Part shown: piece after piece, positions 50,701-61,795 of the stretch
Layout of the letters: every line of letters starts with the position of its first letter
How positions within the stretch are numbered: position 1 is the stretch's first letter
Source: Novakomyces olei
Taxonomy: Eukaryota
Reading direction: 5' to 3'
Assembly: GCA_016906335.1 (NCBI GenBank)
Contig: JADEYG010000001.1
Coordinates: 434,001-498,000, forward strand
DNA length: 64,000 nucleotides
Translations under genes and position numbers: made by a program
Notes under the pieces: generated by a model
Seen by the model: only the letters and a program-made list of their open reading frames with translations
Databases searched by the model: none
Told to the model about the DNA's origin: nothing

Positions 50701-53700
50701 CTGCGTCTTCATGGATGCTGGGAAAATAAAGCTCCACTTCTTCAATCGCAGCTACTCCACAATTCAAGTGCCATTTCAAATGGCTGTTTACCGTGCGAGA
50801 ATGTAAAAGATCCTGGTACGCTGCCAGATGCTCTTGTAGCAGTACTTTTTGCTGCTGCAGTCTATGAAACGAAGCGGCAGAAATAATACAAAACTGATTA
50901 ATCATTCCGCTCACTTCAGTTTGCATAGTCTTCAAATCGCTTTCGATGCACTTGGAAAAAGTCAATACAGATTGGCAGTCGAAGGACTTGTTTGCCGCTT
51001 CAAAAATGGTAGTTATTATGCTAAATATACCAATCGCCTTGCCCAACGCTGTAGAGTACGCATCTAAAGAGTAAAAATACGATTGATCCTGCAAATCCAA
51101 GCTCAGCATTTCCTTTACCGTCGAGTAGAGCCGCTCGTACATGGAAGTAAATTCTTTTCTTGCCTGAGCAACACGAATAGTATCGTCCAGCAGCTCATCA
51201 ATAAAAGACAAGACTGCAGAGGAATCGGAAGCCTTGATATCCTGCGAATGACTCACTGCCAATTCTCTTAGCGGCTTGATTTTTCCAAGACACTTAGAGG
51301 CGAGGGATAGAGTGCCCGGGTAGTCGTGTAATGCTGCTCCGCTAATGAGAGAATAGATTGTAGCCGTGCGCAAATTAGGATCAAGATGGCGAAGGCTTTT
51401 CTTACCGGAATAACCATTCCGGCGCAGAGTTTTCAAACTGTCTGAGAGCAATCGCTGCTTTAGTGTTTTCACGTGCTTAAACTTGGCCACGTGCTGCTCC
51501 GTCTCAAGTGTCGTTGGAGTGCTCGCCTCGAGCTCCCGTGCCCGTTCAACCAGCTTGAATGAGAAATCAATCAGATCATCGTTGCCAGAGTCAAGCTTGC
51601 CAAAACTTTGCATAGTTTTCGCTGTGGCAAATACGTTCAAATGCCGGGGCGATCTATCCGCAATTTGTGCAGATTCTTTAACGAGTCGGAGCGCCAGCTG
51701 GACAGAACCGGCTGAAACCACAAACGAGTCCTCTGCTGCTGGAAACGAAAACTTTTCATACGGTGCAAGTGCCTTCAAATCTGCCTGTTCAAACAAAGAT
51801 TTCACGAGCTGCCCCATGGGATGAAGAACAATCTCGCGTTGCTTGCGCATCATTTTCAATATTTGAACGTGTGATTTATGTGCAGATTCGCGGAGAGCAA
51901 ACACGTTGCGATCGTTCCAGCTGAATAGAGTCACACAATCTTTCATCTGCTTTTTCAATGGCTTCAAGAGACCCTCCTTATACTGGACAACATGGGGCCT
52001 TGCTTGGCTGTAATAATTATACAGAGAGCAGAGACAATCCCAGGTTTTTGACCATTTTTTATTCATCAAATCAAGCTGGCTAATTAGGGTTCGAATCATA
52101 AGCAGCCGCGTCTCAAATTCACACAGCGGTGACTCATCCATGAACGACGATAAAAGAGCAATAAATTCGTCCTCCTCGCTTTGATTATCGCTGTTCATGT
52201 ATCGCTCCCCGTTCAAAATTACAACGTCGTACAATTGAAGCCACCAACAAAAGGCCGACTTTGCCATCTCTTGCTCTTGAAAATCAAGAATGCTTTTCCA
52301 GCTCCCCAATTCTATTTTCCTCCAGTCAATAATGATGCACGAGACGTCGTCTATCAAAGGCTTGGGCGACCATTCCCTGCTCGACAATTCTTGCCAAGAA
52401 CTGAGCAGCGATAAGCTTTTTTCTGCCAAAGTAATAGCTTTCGATAAAGGCTGGTTAGCTGTAGCCATCAAAGCCTCTTGGCAATGGCCAAACATCTCCT
52501 TAACAACTTGATGTTCAGGGAAGGCTTCTTGCAGGGTGGTCGCAAAAGTGAAAAACTTTTCATAAAACTGTGACAATCGTCGCAATTCTTTTCCGTTGAC
52601 ATCAATATAAAAATTTGCATCTGAGCAGGTAAAGCGATCAGCTGTTTCTTCGGCAAAAATAAAGGGTAGACTCCTTCCATTCAACGGCACAAGATTGCCC
52701 TGATTTTCCCAAGCATGACTAGTCTTATTGCTCACTGCTTTTGTTACTTGAACTGCCTTTTGTAGCAGACAAGTAGGGCTTCCCGAATCTTTTGTCTCTG
52801 CTGTAGAGTCAAAAAATACTGCTTGATGTAAGAGGAAAGCTTCAGCATAGGCTTGAGAACTAAAGCCTGTATCCTCGTTCGCATTCGATTCTGTATCTCC
52901 AGTACCGTCATCATTCACGAACTCAGCCAGGATGTTGGATATTTGTAAAGACCGGTCATCTAAAGCGTGATTCCGGAGCTTGAACGAAAATTGGTGCGTA
53001 CTTTTCTTTTCGCCATTTTGAAGGAGCTCCAGAGTCTGCTCGTACCAAGACAATAAACAGTTTTGTGCGATTTTGGAAACTTTGTCTATACGCAGCGCAA
53101 AACAGATACAAAAAAGCTCAAACATACGGTATTCATGAAAAGATTCAAGACCCAAAGTTTCCTCCTCGTGCTTTGAATTATCCAAAAAACGCAAATCGCA
53201 AATTATACGGGGATCAGTATAGTTGTGGAATGACTGATTCAAATTGCCTGACATTAGTCGTAACGATACTCCAGCGTCAAACAGCACCGCCATATTTTGG
53301 ACTGGTAGAGAAATGTCCCAATAATGCTCGGACGTCGCATCCGCCAGCCGTTGCACAAGCGATCTTAGATTAGAATGAATCGTGCCGTAAAACAAACGCT
53401 CCTCCTCATTTCCAATTGATCTTGTCGTCTCTAGTTTGGGTAGATACTGGCATTTAATGATAAAGTCTTTGATATTTGTCATATTATTGAACACCGACTC
53501 GTGCAGTTTGGCCGGGCGAACCGCAGATCTAACATTTTCATGCATAGCCAAAAGCCCAGTCATGGATTCCTTGCTTGCCTGTAGAAATTCGGCAGAGACG
53601 AACAAGTTGGTGTCCAGGGCTTGAAGCGTATTTTCGACGTTATCAACCGATATTAGATCTTGCTTCGCTAGTTTGTAAACGGCGATTTCCATATTGTCAA

Positions 53701-56700
53701 GTTCTGCTGGATCAAAAAAGTGTTGAGGCACACAGCGTGAGATTCCGGCATATGATGAAATTGCAAGAGACGCTCCGACAAAGGCAAACACGTCCGAATC
53801 ATTTTCAGCATTTTTAAGCATTGTTAAATAGTCGAGCGACTTGGCGAGAAGTCTTTTACATGGGTCATCTCCATGCACAGAGTCATCAAGTCGATGTCGC
53901 AATGACTCTGCCAAATATCCATAGTCCTTGATTTCCAAGGACTCGGCCGAATCTACTGAAAAAGCTCCGTAAAAGCAGAAGATCAATTCTAAGCAAAACC
54001 GGAATGCCAGATTGGCGGTAAACTTGGGTAGGCTGACAGCCTCGTCGTCCCCGAGACTCCAGAATTGCGACTTGAAATGTTTGATATACTGTGCGACACG
54101 GTCCATGTTAAATAGTTGCAAGGATTGGAAATCTAAGACCGAGCTGACATCCCATCCATCTTTGAGCAATGAAGAAGGGTAAAAAATATCCGGCGAAGCC
54201 CAAAGCGACTGTGAAGCAGAAAGCAGTTGGCCAGGGTTTTCAAAATTACTCAATTCTGCCGAAATGTTGCTTTCGATATACTGACTTTTCGACAACGCGA
54301 GTTTTCCGACACGAACGGACGCGGAACTCTCCAAAGTTCCGCTGTTAATATAGCACAGTCTTTCAATGCTTTTCTGAGCCATTGAAAAAGATTTCCATAA
54401 CACATTCGCTTCTGGCAATTCTATCGAGCTTGAACTAGACGCTATTCTCTGTGCGACAGTCTCCATCTGCTCCATCCAAACAGAAAGTTGAGGTGCAGAT
54501 TCAGAGCGCTGCTCATGAATAATTTTATAGGCCTTTGCAACCATTGAAATCATGCTGTTGACCACAGACTGCGGGACAAAAACCTCCTCGCATGTTTTGA
54601 GGAAAGCTTGCAAAATCTCAGTCAAATGCAGTGACTGATGATACGCTTCAAATGTGGGAAACGGTTTTGGTGAAAAATGCCTCCACACTCTATAGAAGCC
54701 TTCAAGGTCAAATGAAATTTTGTCGAAATCGATTGTACTTGACCAATGTTTGAATACAGGTTTCATGACCTCTGATCCATGGTTTTCGAGAATAAATTTC
54801 GCCAAACGCAGCAAAGCAACATTCTGGTTTTCTTGATCAATCGTTCGTGTAATCGTACAAAGCTCGTCCGCAAATAACCCGGCCATATTTGACCCTTCAT
54901 GATCGAGTGCATTTCCTGCAACATACTGGCAAATAGTGTCATACAAGTATTCGCTGCTATTCAGGACGCTAGACTTCAATTCCTGGGAAAGGAGTGACAG
55001 GGACTCCGATCGAGATTCAAAATGAAGCCGAATCGAGATCAATTTGTCGAGCAATGATGAAACAGGAATCGCGGCTTTATTGGACTCGCTGCCTCTGGAA
55101 ATAATGCTCGACATAGAATTGAAATAGAGGGGGTTTCCCGATACAAAGGGCCAGACGGTTGAATTGCCCACAGAAAAGCCAGAAAGAATTTTATTAAAGA
55201 TCTCTTCACCAATTTGTACATTTCGCAAGACACCATCGTTCATCTCCATTTTCAGAGCAGAAGAGGCATTCTGTAGCAAGAACTCAATCTCGCTCAGTGC
55301 GAAAGAGTTCAAAATAAATCTTGCAGCTTCAATATCGTCCTTGTTACGATAAATCTGACTGAAAATCTGCAGTTTCGACTGGAATTGCCATTGACATGCG
55401 TCCCAAGTCGAAAGGGGCGCTCGGTGCTTGCTGCGCTCCATATTTTGGTGCGAAAGAAATAACTCCAAGCACCTGTTCCGCATAGCGCGAGACAGCTCGC
55501 CCTTGCTCGGGTCAACGGTCATAAAAAGCCTGAATCCAGAAGCAGCTCTGTACTCCTTTATCGTTCCGTCCGAGTTCGGGTGCTCTGTAAGCTGAAGAGC
55601 TCCATCATCCTCCAACAGAGAATTCATGCGATCTAAGACTGCTGCAGAGCAAAGATTTGCGTGATCGATTAAGACCCATTTTCCTTGCACTAGAGCATCC
55701 AGGAACCGGCTTTCAATCCATTCAAATTGACTAGCTTCGTTACCGCTAGTAACCGCAGTGTCTAGACGATCCAACAACTCCTCCATTCTACTGGAGACCT
55801 TTCCAAATTGATTGAAAGGTTTCTTTTCCCTCAAATAGCCCAGAAGACGGGCGATCCCGTTATTGCTGCTGCCATCAACTTCCCGCAGCATTATCCTTAT
55901 ATTTTCAAGTTCATGAACGGCATCAAGAACCTCAGGCGAATGGCTAGAGACGAAACTTGTGCGTAGCAATGGCAGCATACGAGATATCGTATCATCAGCC
56001 AGATTTATCAGACTCTGCTGCTCATAATTCCCTACAAGATCTAACGAGTCAAATTCCCTTGAAACTTTGATCTCAATCAATTCACTGTTGCTCAAGTAGG
56101 CCAAAGATCTCACCAGGCTCCTGCCATGGGCAGCATCATTGCTCACAAGAATTAGAGGCCACGACATGCTTGTACCAAGAACCATTTTCTCCAAGTAATC
56201 AACGTCAAAATTAGATATATCGCCAAGGCTGAGAGGTGAACACGGCGTATACTGACTCGTATTTCGTGAAAGCTCAACCTTCCCAACCACTATACATTCA
56301 GGGGAGATTGATAGGGTAGGCGGCACTATAGTACCAGGCTTGCTGAATGTGAATCGCTCGTCGTACAGCGTTTGAGCCATCTGTTTGTCCCTTTGAGACC
56401 TCAATCGGGCCAAAACAATTGTTTCAAAGGCTTTAGCACATAGCGATTCATTGCAAGAAACCAGCTGCAGCCAACGAAACGTGTCTCTCAAGTTAAAATC
56501 AAATGGCCGGCCATCTATTATGCTACCAGACAAGCATGCGTTTTCCATAGCTGAAACAAAATCTACAATTGTATCACGAATACTGTCTGCAACAGTGGGA
56601 AAACTTAAGCGTGCAATGTTTTTCAAATCGCCTGCTGATTGATCGTCCATGTAAATGAGTGAAAATCGATTGAGGAAAGATTTTGGCAGCCCCTTGCGCC

Positions 56701-59700
56701 CGCCGCCTTGATGATAAGGGTTCTGAGCTGCAAAGACCTTGAATTGCTGATGGCAGCGAAACGTCCGGTCTAGTTCTGGTATATAAACCTCTCCACGGTG
56801 ATCGAAACAAGCGTTCAGGCCTTCAAGAACACTTTGAGAAGCAAGATTCATCTCATCCAACAGCACCCAGTCTCCACTCTTCATTGCCTTTAAAAAAGCT
56901 GCATCTTTCCACTGCATACTGCCAATACCTTCGCCTTCAGTCGGCGCATCACAGCCAAAAAGGTCCACCAAATCCGTTTGCTCAGACAGGTTGATTCTAG
57001 TGAAGACGTGGCCTGCTGCCTGAGCAATTCGCGAGACTATACTAGACTTGCCGACACCAGGACTGCCTTCAAGAAGAATCGGTTTACGAAGCTGCAAGGC
57101 TCTCAATATTTTAACAGTGTTGAGCCTTGTGCTCAGCGAACCGTTAAAAAAATCAACGTCAAACCCAAAATTTTCCACTCGCGGAATCCGGAAAGAACCC
57201 GCGAGAAAGTAATTCTCATCGTATACGACTGATGCCTGGAAAAGTTCGTCTTCATCTAGATCCTGTACTATTTCCTTCTTCAAAAAAGCGATGCTCTGAG
57301 CCCTAACGGCTTCTGGAGAAAGAGGTTCTCCAGCGCTAGCGATTTTTTGCTGCTCCAACACGCCGAATCCGTCAATGTAAACCAAAAGAGCGCCCTCAAC
57401 AAAGCTTTTCCAGGAATTTTGAAACAGGCCAATATTCATAAACTGTGCCCATGATATTATGTCCCTCAGGGAAATAGGGAAATTAAAAGTATCCGATGCT
57501 AATGATACAAAGTTTTCATGAAACCACAACGCAAATTTAAGCATTGGTTCCGCCCAGTCACAATAACAAGGCGCTAATTTTGATGAAAGAATCATTTGTA
57601 TATCCGATTCATCGAGAGCATTTGGAACCCAGATTTCAGTGAAACGATTCCGCAATGCCGGTGAGAGCTCGCGCTTCCCATAATCACCTCCCGGGTTCAT
57701 TGTTGCAAAGAACCGAAACCCTTCATCAGCCTTCAACGCCAAATCACTTGTGCCCTTTTCCGCTAGTGTTATAGATCTGCTTGGTTCCAGCACGGAATTT
57801 AGTCGCTCAAGTACTGAATCTTCAGCCAGTGAGATTTCGTCCAACAAGAAATAGTTTCCAGTCTCCATCGCAGACACTAAGGGACCATTTGACCATTGGA
57901 ACAGGATCCGAGTTTCCCTTTCGTTTTCGGCAATTTGCTGCAGCAGAGCCAATGACTGTTCAGTATGCTTTAGCGGTTTGCTCCTTTGTTCGCCATATGC
58001 TTTCAATAAATCGTTTTCGTTGTCCACGTTAACATCAAAGATTTGCAAAAAGGAGGAAATGTCCTGCAACATTTTTGAGCGTATCGCGCTTCGGTCGCGC
58101 TTGGGCCTCTGCGATCCAATTACATCACTGGTTTCAAGGTTTTGGTGGCCATTTAGAATAGACAACTCCTTACCATAAATGGCAGCAAATATTTGGATTA
58201 TCGTCGTCTTACCAGATCCAGTTTCCCCCACCAAAAGAAGCGGCTCCTTGTGTTTTATAGCCCTTTCAACCAATACAAAAAGCTTCTTCATAGCTTTTGT
58301 CCAAACGATCTGAGATTCGATTTCATGCAATTCATTATATCTTTTAAAAGCGCCCAAAGCAGAAACATCGTACAGCTTATCCTGATCAATAGAAACACGC
58401 AAACTGTCCTGGATCACAGACTTGACCAATAATCTGTCTTCCGCTGTGCGAGAGCGCTCTCCTAAAAGCATGAAGCCATCGGCAGCCAGCTGCTCTACAC
58501 TTTCAGGCTGCCGACCTCCCCACCGAAACAGGTCTCGAAGCGTTGCAAAACTGTTTTTGGAATCAAATATACGAGTACTCTGCCTTTTCGTCTCCAAATT
58601 TTTATAAACCGTCAGAATCCGCTTTGCATAAGACGGAGCAATTCCGCAGCGCTGAAACAGAATAGTCTCCAACTCATCCTCTGGAATATCATCAAAATGA
58701 AGCTCTATAAACCGGTTTCTAAAGGCCCGAGACAGATGCTTTCGGCCACCATAAAGCCCCGCCGGGTTTTGTGTTGCAAATAGGACAAATTGGTCATGTG
58801 CTTTTACCGTTTCCTGTAACTCTGGTACAAACAGCTCATGATTATCGTCCAAAAGCCGATTCAACGATTCTAGAACGTCACTTGGAGCCAAATTAAGCTC
58901 GTCTAAAATAATCCAGTACCCATTTCGCACAGCATCAAGCAGCAAGCCTTCCTCATATTTGAGAATACCTTGGGCATCCGCAACATAAGATCCCAAGTAC
59001 TCTTGTATATCGGTATGCTCATGGTTATTAATGCGTACCACCTTGTTTCCCGTAATATTGGCAAGATATTCTACCATCGACGTCTTTCCACTCGACGTGG
59101 GCCCTTGTAATAGCACAGGATAGTGCCGACAGCGAATTGCGCGGACGAGATTTAGTAGATTTGACTCAACAAACGGAGTCAATATATAGTCGGGCCTCTG
59201 TAAAACATCAAATGGTCCTACTGGAATTTGATATTGTTTAAATGTAATCATCCCCTCGTGATCCCTACGCACACGATTCCTTAAAAAGTCTTTTGCCCCA
59301 TTGCCAATGTATTCTATAGCCAAATTGTTTAAAACACCACAAGATTTTACATCGAGAACCGTTAAAAAGCACATACAAAAGCCTTCATAAAGGGCTCTTC
59401 GTAGCCCAAATTCAGGCGAAACTTGTACAGCAAACTCTAGAGCCCTGGAAAGAGTTCGTATCGAGTATATAGGCAGGCCTCCAGAGCCATCTTGAAGCGC
59501 TCCTTCCCTAACGAGCGCTTTAGCTTTGGCATACAAGTTTGCAAAGTCGTAGGCTGCTCTTTCATCTCCGAGACATACGTTGAGCAACTTTGATTTTATA
59601 ATGAAAAGCAAATCCTCAAAGTCTTCATCCGGAGAATGGACATAGATTTCTGTAAAATGAGATCTAATTGAAGGTGCAATATTTTTTTTGCCAACATCAG

Positions 59701-61795
59701 CAGCCGGGTTCATTGCTGCAAAAAGTCTAAAATTAGCATGTGCCTTTACTGGCTCGATATCTCCACGCTCGCTCAATAAAATACTGCGTGTTGATAAGAC
59801 TTGAGAAATTGCTTCTAAAATATCGGAGCTGGCCAGATTGACTTCGTCCAAAAGGATCCAATCACCCGCACGCAAAGCCTTTACAAACACACCTTCCACA
59901 AAATTAAACCTAAAATCACCCCGATCAATCTGCTCCTCAAACCCTCTCAAATCCCGTGACAAAAGTCTCCATTCTTCCAATGTTTCAAAATCAAACCTCC
60001 TTCGTTTCGCTTTCCGTTCCAACATTTTTTCCTCGGTACTGGCAATAGACTCCTCATACATTTTGATTGCCAGTGAATGGCCCTGATCTAAAAGTTTTGT
60101 GAAGCGTTTCCATTTTTGATGATTGAAGGCTTTAAGGATGGAGTCATTAAAATTCTGGTTTCTTTTAATCGAAAATGTCTTCGGGTATAGTCGCTTCCAT
60201 TGCTCCAAGATGTTTGCTGCCAGCAGACGCATATCTATTGGTCTAAACCCGCCAATTAGATCACTAACTTCCGATTGTTGGGATAAGTTTATGGGTATCA
60301 TTGTACTGCCGGACAGCTTTGCTAAATGCTGGATCACCGTCGTTTTACCCACCCCCGTTTCGCCCACAAGCAAAAGATTCTCTTTATTTTGTATGGCAAT
60401 AGCAATCGTCTCCATCAATCTTAACGAGTGCTTTGTCAGAGAAAACTGCCGTAAATCCTCATTGTACCGGTCATGTTTTACCACATGCGCCCGACCAATT
60501 ACAACGGAATCCATGGACTCCTTGTACTCGGGTCTTCGACCGCCAGAGACAAGTGCCTCTGCTCTTTCCGGGACAATTGCCATGGCCTGTGCAATGCACC
60601 GGCAAAGCCTAAGCCTAAGCTGCATCTCTGGAATAGAGGCAGAAAATACATCACAAGCATCAAGGAAAATACAGTCTTGGTCCGCCTGATCAAGCGTACT
60701 CAGCCTCGTTAGTCTCCGCTGTATCCTCCCACACCATACAAACAAATCACGTACAGACAAGGGCTTTACTACGAGGGCAAAAGTCCGGGTATCGAGCAGT
60801 TGATTGATTGCATTATAGACTGCAATCAGCTGAGGCAGCAGCTTTTGCAGCGTAGGAAACTGTATTTGTATAAAAGTAAAAAGATCTGAATTAGATACTG
60901 GATCCATCTCGAGCCATTCCCAGCCAGAATGGCCTGTTATTCGTGATTTAATTGGATTGCTATCAAAAGAGGCACTAGACCTACTCCTTGTAGTGACAGT
61001 AGCAAACAGCATAAACCCCGGAGCAGCCAGTCTGGTTCTGCCCTGTACCTCCACCAGTCTTCGGTCGGCAATATCGCTTAGCAGTACTTGCACATCTTGG
61101 CCTGCTTGATCGAGTCCTTCGACCACGAGCACTTTTCCCTCTGTCACACAGCGTGTAACGGCACCAGGCTTGAACTCGAATCGGCCGGGTTTAGTGGTTA
61201 CGTAATTGCCCAGTAACGATTTAGCGTCCAGTGCACCTGTAACGTTAAGGCGAACCACGTCCTGCCTGGCCACAAGGGTACACAGCAGGGAAATGTAGAA
61301 AGTTTTGCCACTTCCCGAGGGACCAGTTAGCACACATGCCTTGTGCGTGTATAAATTGCGCGCTAAAAATTTCATGACCCGCCGGGCTTGACCCGTCCAG
61401 TCTACGCTGTAATCAGCTGCAAGAGGCTTCGCCGGAAATTGGTAGCCACAGACATTTATTCCTCCATTATCTGCTTCGACGACAAGGCTGTCGGCCGCCT
61501 CTGCACAGTTTAGAATTTGGTCATTGTCCTGTAATAATTTTGTCGTTAAAATTGGAGTGAAAAACAAGTTCATTCCGTTATAAATAGGCGGTTCATGGAC
61601 GTGCGCCATTAATACATCTGCCCTTTGTGCGTCTGTTAAACCCAGTCGGCGACATACTAAAAGGCACGAAAGATACTGGACACAAACGTCCGAGTGCCGT
61701 CGCCAAGACCATAGTTGTGGAAGCGACCAGGGAACATTGGTCTCGTCTAGTGACGGAAGAACGGCCACCGCCAGCAGTGACTCGACCAGGTTCAT
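47750..61795 (-). CDS. MDN1: Midasin (Rea1) AAA-ring ATPase; 5' exon(s) unresolved, possibly up to about 62173
   Basis: Tandem AAA modules (GETGVGKT, GPTSSGKT, GETGSGKT, GSPGVGKS), long helical linker, D/E-rich tail, MIDAS (AVDNSKSM..ISDG). Confidence 0.97.
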   Translation of the reverse strand: MNLVESLLAVAVLPSLDETNVPWSLPQLWSWRRHSDVCVQYLSCLLVCRRLGLTDAQRADVLMAHVHEPPIYNGMNLFFTPILTTKLLQDNDQILNCAEAADSLVVEADNGGINVCGYQFPAKPLAADYSVDWTGQARRVMKFLARNLYTHKACVLTGPSGSGKTFYISLLCTLVARQDVVRLNVTGALDAKSLLGNYVTTKPGRFEFKPGAVTRCVTEGKVLVVEGLDQAGQDVQVLLSDIADRRLVEVQGRTRLAAPGFMLFATVTTRSRSSASFDSNPIKSRITGHSGWEWLEMDPVSNSDLFTFIQIQFPTLQKLLPQLIAVYNAINQLLDTRTFALVVKPLSVRDLFVWCGRIQRRLTRLSTLDQADQDCIFLDACDVFSASIPEMQLRLRLCRCIAQAMAIVPERAEALVSGGRRPEYKESMDSVVIGRAHVVKHDRYNEDLRQFSLTKHSLRLMETIAIAIQNKENLLLVGETGVGKTTVIQHLAKLSGSTMIPINLSQQSEVSDLIGGFRPIDMRLLAANILEQWKRLYPKTFSIKRNQNFNDSILKAFNHQKWKRFTKLLDQGHSLAIKMYEESIASTEEKMLERKAKRRRFDFETLEEWRLLSRDLRGFEEQIDRGDFRFNFVEGVFVKALRAGDWILLDEVNLASSDILEAISQVLSTRSILLSERGDIEPVKAHANFRLFAAMNPAADVGKKNIAPSIRSHFTEIYVHSPDEDFEDLLFIIKSKLLNVCLGDERAAYDFANLYAKAKALVREGALQDGSGGLPIYSIRTLSRALEFAVQVSPEFGLRRALYEGFCMCFLTVLDVKSCGVLNNLAIEYIGNGAKDFLRNRVRRDHEGMITFKQYQIPVGPFDVLQRPDYILTPFVESNLLNLVRAIRCRHYPVLLQGPTSSGKTSMVEYLANITGNKVVRINNHEHTDIQEYLGSYVADAQGILKYEEGLLLDAVRNGYWIILDELNLAPSDVLESLNRLLDDNHELFVPELQETVKAHDQFVLFATQNPAGLYGGRKHLSRAFRNRFIELHFDDIPEDELETILFQRCGIAPSYAKRILTVYKNLETKRQSTRIFDSKNSFATLRDLFRWGGRQPESVEQLAADGFMLLGERSRTAEDRLLVKSVIQDSLRVSIDQDKLYDVSALGAFKRYNELHEIESQIVWTKAMKKLFVLVERAIKHKEPLLLVGETGSGKTTIIQIFAAIYGKELSILNGHQNLETSDVIGSQRPKRDRSAIRSKMLQDISSFLQIFDVNVDNENDLLKAYGEQRSKPLKHTEQSLALLQQIAENERETRILFQWSNGPLVSAMETGNYFLLDEISLAEDSVLERLNSVLEPSRSITLAEKGTSDLALKADEGFRFFATMNPGGDYGKRELSPALRNRFTEIWVPNALDESDIQMILSSKLAPCYCDWAEPMLKFALWFHENFVSLASDTFNFPISLRDIISWAQFMNIGLFQNSWKSFVEGALLVYIDGFGVLEQQKIASAGEPLSPEAVRAQSIAFLKKEIVQDLDEDELFQASVVYDENYFLAGSFRIPRVENFGFDVDFFNGSLSTRLNTVKILRALQLRKPILLEGSPGVGKSSIVSRIAQAAGHVFTRINLSEQTDLVDLFGCDAPTEGEGIGSMQWKDAAFLKAMKSGDWVLLDEMNLASQSVLEGLNACFDHRGEVYIPELDRTFRCHQQFKVFAAQNPYHQGGGRKGLPKSFLNRFSLIYMDDQSAGDLKNIARLSFPTVADSIRDTIVDFVSAMENACLSGSIIDGRPFDFNLRDTFRWLQLVSCNESLCAKAFETIVLARLRSQRDKQMAQTLYDERFTFSKPGTIVPPTLSISPECIVVGKVELSRNTSQYTPCSPLSLGDISNFDVDYLEKMVLGTSMSWPLILVSNDAAHGRSLVRSLAYLSNSELIEIKVSREFDSLDLVGNYEQQSLINLADDTISRMLPLLRTSFVSSHSPEVLDAVHELENIRIMLREVDGSSNNGIARLLGYLREKKPFNQFGKVSSRMEELLDRLDTAVTSGNEASQFEWIESRFLDALVQGKWVLIDHANLCSAAVLDRMNSLLEDDGALQLTEHPNSDGTIKEYRAASGFRLFMTVDPSKGELSRAMRNRCLELFLSHQNMERSKHRAPLSTWDACQWQFQSKLQIFSQIYRNKDDIEAARFILNSFALSEIEFLLQNASSALKMEMNDGVLRNVQIGEEIFNKILSGFSVGNSTVWPFVSGNPLYFNSMSSIISRGSESNKAAIPVSSLLDKLISIRLHFESRSESLSLLSQELKSSVLNSSEYLYDTICQYVAGNALDHEGSNMAGLFADELCTITRTIDQENQNVALLRLAKFILENHGSEVMKPVFKHWSSTIDFDKISFDLEGFYRVWRHFSPKPFPTFEAYHQSLHLTEILQAFLKTCEEVFVPQSVVNSMISMVAKAYKIIHEQRSESAPQLSVWMEQMETVAQRIASSSSSIELPEANVLWKSFSMAQKSIERLCYINSGTLESSASVRVGKLALSKSQYIESNISAELSNFENPGQLLSASQSLWASPDIFYPSSLLKDGWDVSSVLDFQSLQLFNMDRVAQYIKHFKSQFWSLGDDEAVSLPKFTANLAFRFCLELIFCFYGAFSVDSAESLEIKDYGYLAESLRHRLDDSVHGDDPCKRLLAKSLDYLTMLKNAENDSDVFAFVGASLAISSYAGISRCVPQHFFDPAELDNMEIAVYKLAKQDLISVDNVENTLQALDTNLFVSAEFLQASKESMTGLLAMHENVRSAVRPAKLHESVFNNMTNIKDFIIKCQYLPKLETTRSIGNEEERLFYGTIHSNLRSLVQRLADATSEHYWDISLPVQNMAVLFDAGVSLRLMSGNLNQSFHNYTDPRIICDLRFLDNSKHEEETLGLESFHEYRMFELFCICFALRIDKVSKIAQNCLLSWYEQTLELLQNGEKKSTHQFSFKLRNHALDDRSLQISNILAEFVNDDGTGDTESNANEDTGFSSQAYAEAFLLHQAVFFDSTAETKDSGSPTCLLQKAVQVTKAVSNKTSHAWENQGNLVPLNGRSLPFIFAEETADRFTCSDANFYIDVNGKELRRLSQFYEKFFTFATTLQEAFPEHQVVKEMFGHCQEALMATANQPLSKAITLAEKSLSLLSSWQELSSREWSPKPLIDDVSCIIIDWRKIELGSWKSILDFQEQEMAKSAFCWWLQLYDVVILNGERYMNSDNQSEEDEFIALLSSFMDESPLCEFETRLLMIRTLISQLDLMNKKWSKTWDCLCSLYNYYSQARPHVVQYKEGLLKPLKKQMKDCVTLFSWNDRNVFALRESAHKSHVQILKMMRKQREIVLHPMGQLVKSLFEQADLKALAPYEKFSFPAAEDSFVVSAGSVQLALRLVKESAQIADRSPRHLNVFATAKTMQSFGKLDSGNDDLIDFSFKLVERARELEASTPTTLETEQHVAKFKHVKTLKQRLLSDSLKTLRRNGYSGKKSLRHLDPNLRTATIYSLISGAALHDYPGTLSLASKCLGKIKPLRELAVSHSQDIKASDSSAVLSFIDELLDDTIRVAQARKEFTSMYERLYSTVKEMLSLDLQDQSYFYSLDAYSTALGKAIGIFSIITTIFEAANKSFDCQSVLTFSKCIESDLKTMQTEVSGMINQFCIISAASFHRLQQQKVLLQEHLAAYQDLLHSRTVNSHLKWHLNCGVAAIEEVELYFPSIHEDAVHAFDNRKFDRLVCKFADSVLQVFESNQKNTGARKDSFREPFVTVNSIDLRKLNSAADALTDLFEVGQNSSSLRAGGDVLWKAQIVSISPILQAYLTFLQDTRRFLDRLLHGLLASFNNLSCLAIVVLRKGFCEPQSDSNETEAEGNGLGLGAADNKNAKDISDQVDKDEFNEDDMMQEEGEDQENDDENGGDEAIEKDKDDYFGDNASTKSDTKNDSGSDQESDLEEMDESHDDEMGKVDDDEETKLNESMWDNEQSAHDQTDEKAEQENGDDSQDLIDKMDFDKDQSTKDEKQDQGENDRDEDDQSQDLDDENGEKEGIDEEELDEEEREGNKQAENKDASQVERLDEDEDEDQEGEDGDEAINPEEAELDKEIDFKDEEANEELDEGKEEEEALMGESIDDEGVVESDAEGDNEQHENKDEQSDDKQQNDENMQDSADDDFPQRPRAGENGSDEQLNEEQDQNAKETEDGNESEDGEDEDKKQESGTKQGRSQALSGESSEQKEGNDPLNSAFEDSNDRQQSEFQKELKQLAESLEKLDRSAVIETPMSGDEPDDSGQNKNDNDENANETNSNHRVQHSEFGDKSALDKQDHESREDEDNKNEDDEDNSKLDEKAEREQDLLNGSSKNIEKSAERNKENEENMADTTDSGTEALNRIGQRAGETEENGLEMDDTDDSATLDDSDHEVSSLQEATQRWTLAESATRDLSFKLAEQLRLILEPTVAAKMRGDYKTGKRINLKRIIPYIASNFKRDKIWMRRSKPSKRQYQVLIAVDNSKSMMESKSADLTLQSMALLAKGLSSLEAGQIAFVKFDQQAKLLHDFSESVSTQDGAQMCQHLGFDREQTNVSALIEKITELLQTARQANGNSDTGLWQLGVIISDGVHEDHEKVRKLLRKAREERILIIFVVIDALYANKTCSILDMNQVQYETDANGKMNLRIESYMSKFAFDYYLIVQDVKTLPEMLALALRQWFAEVNNDS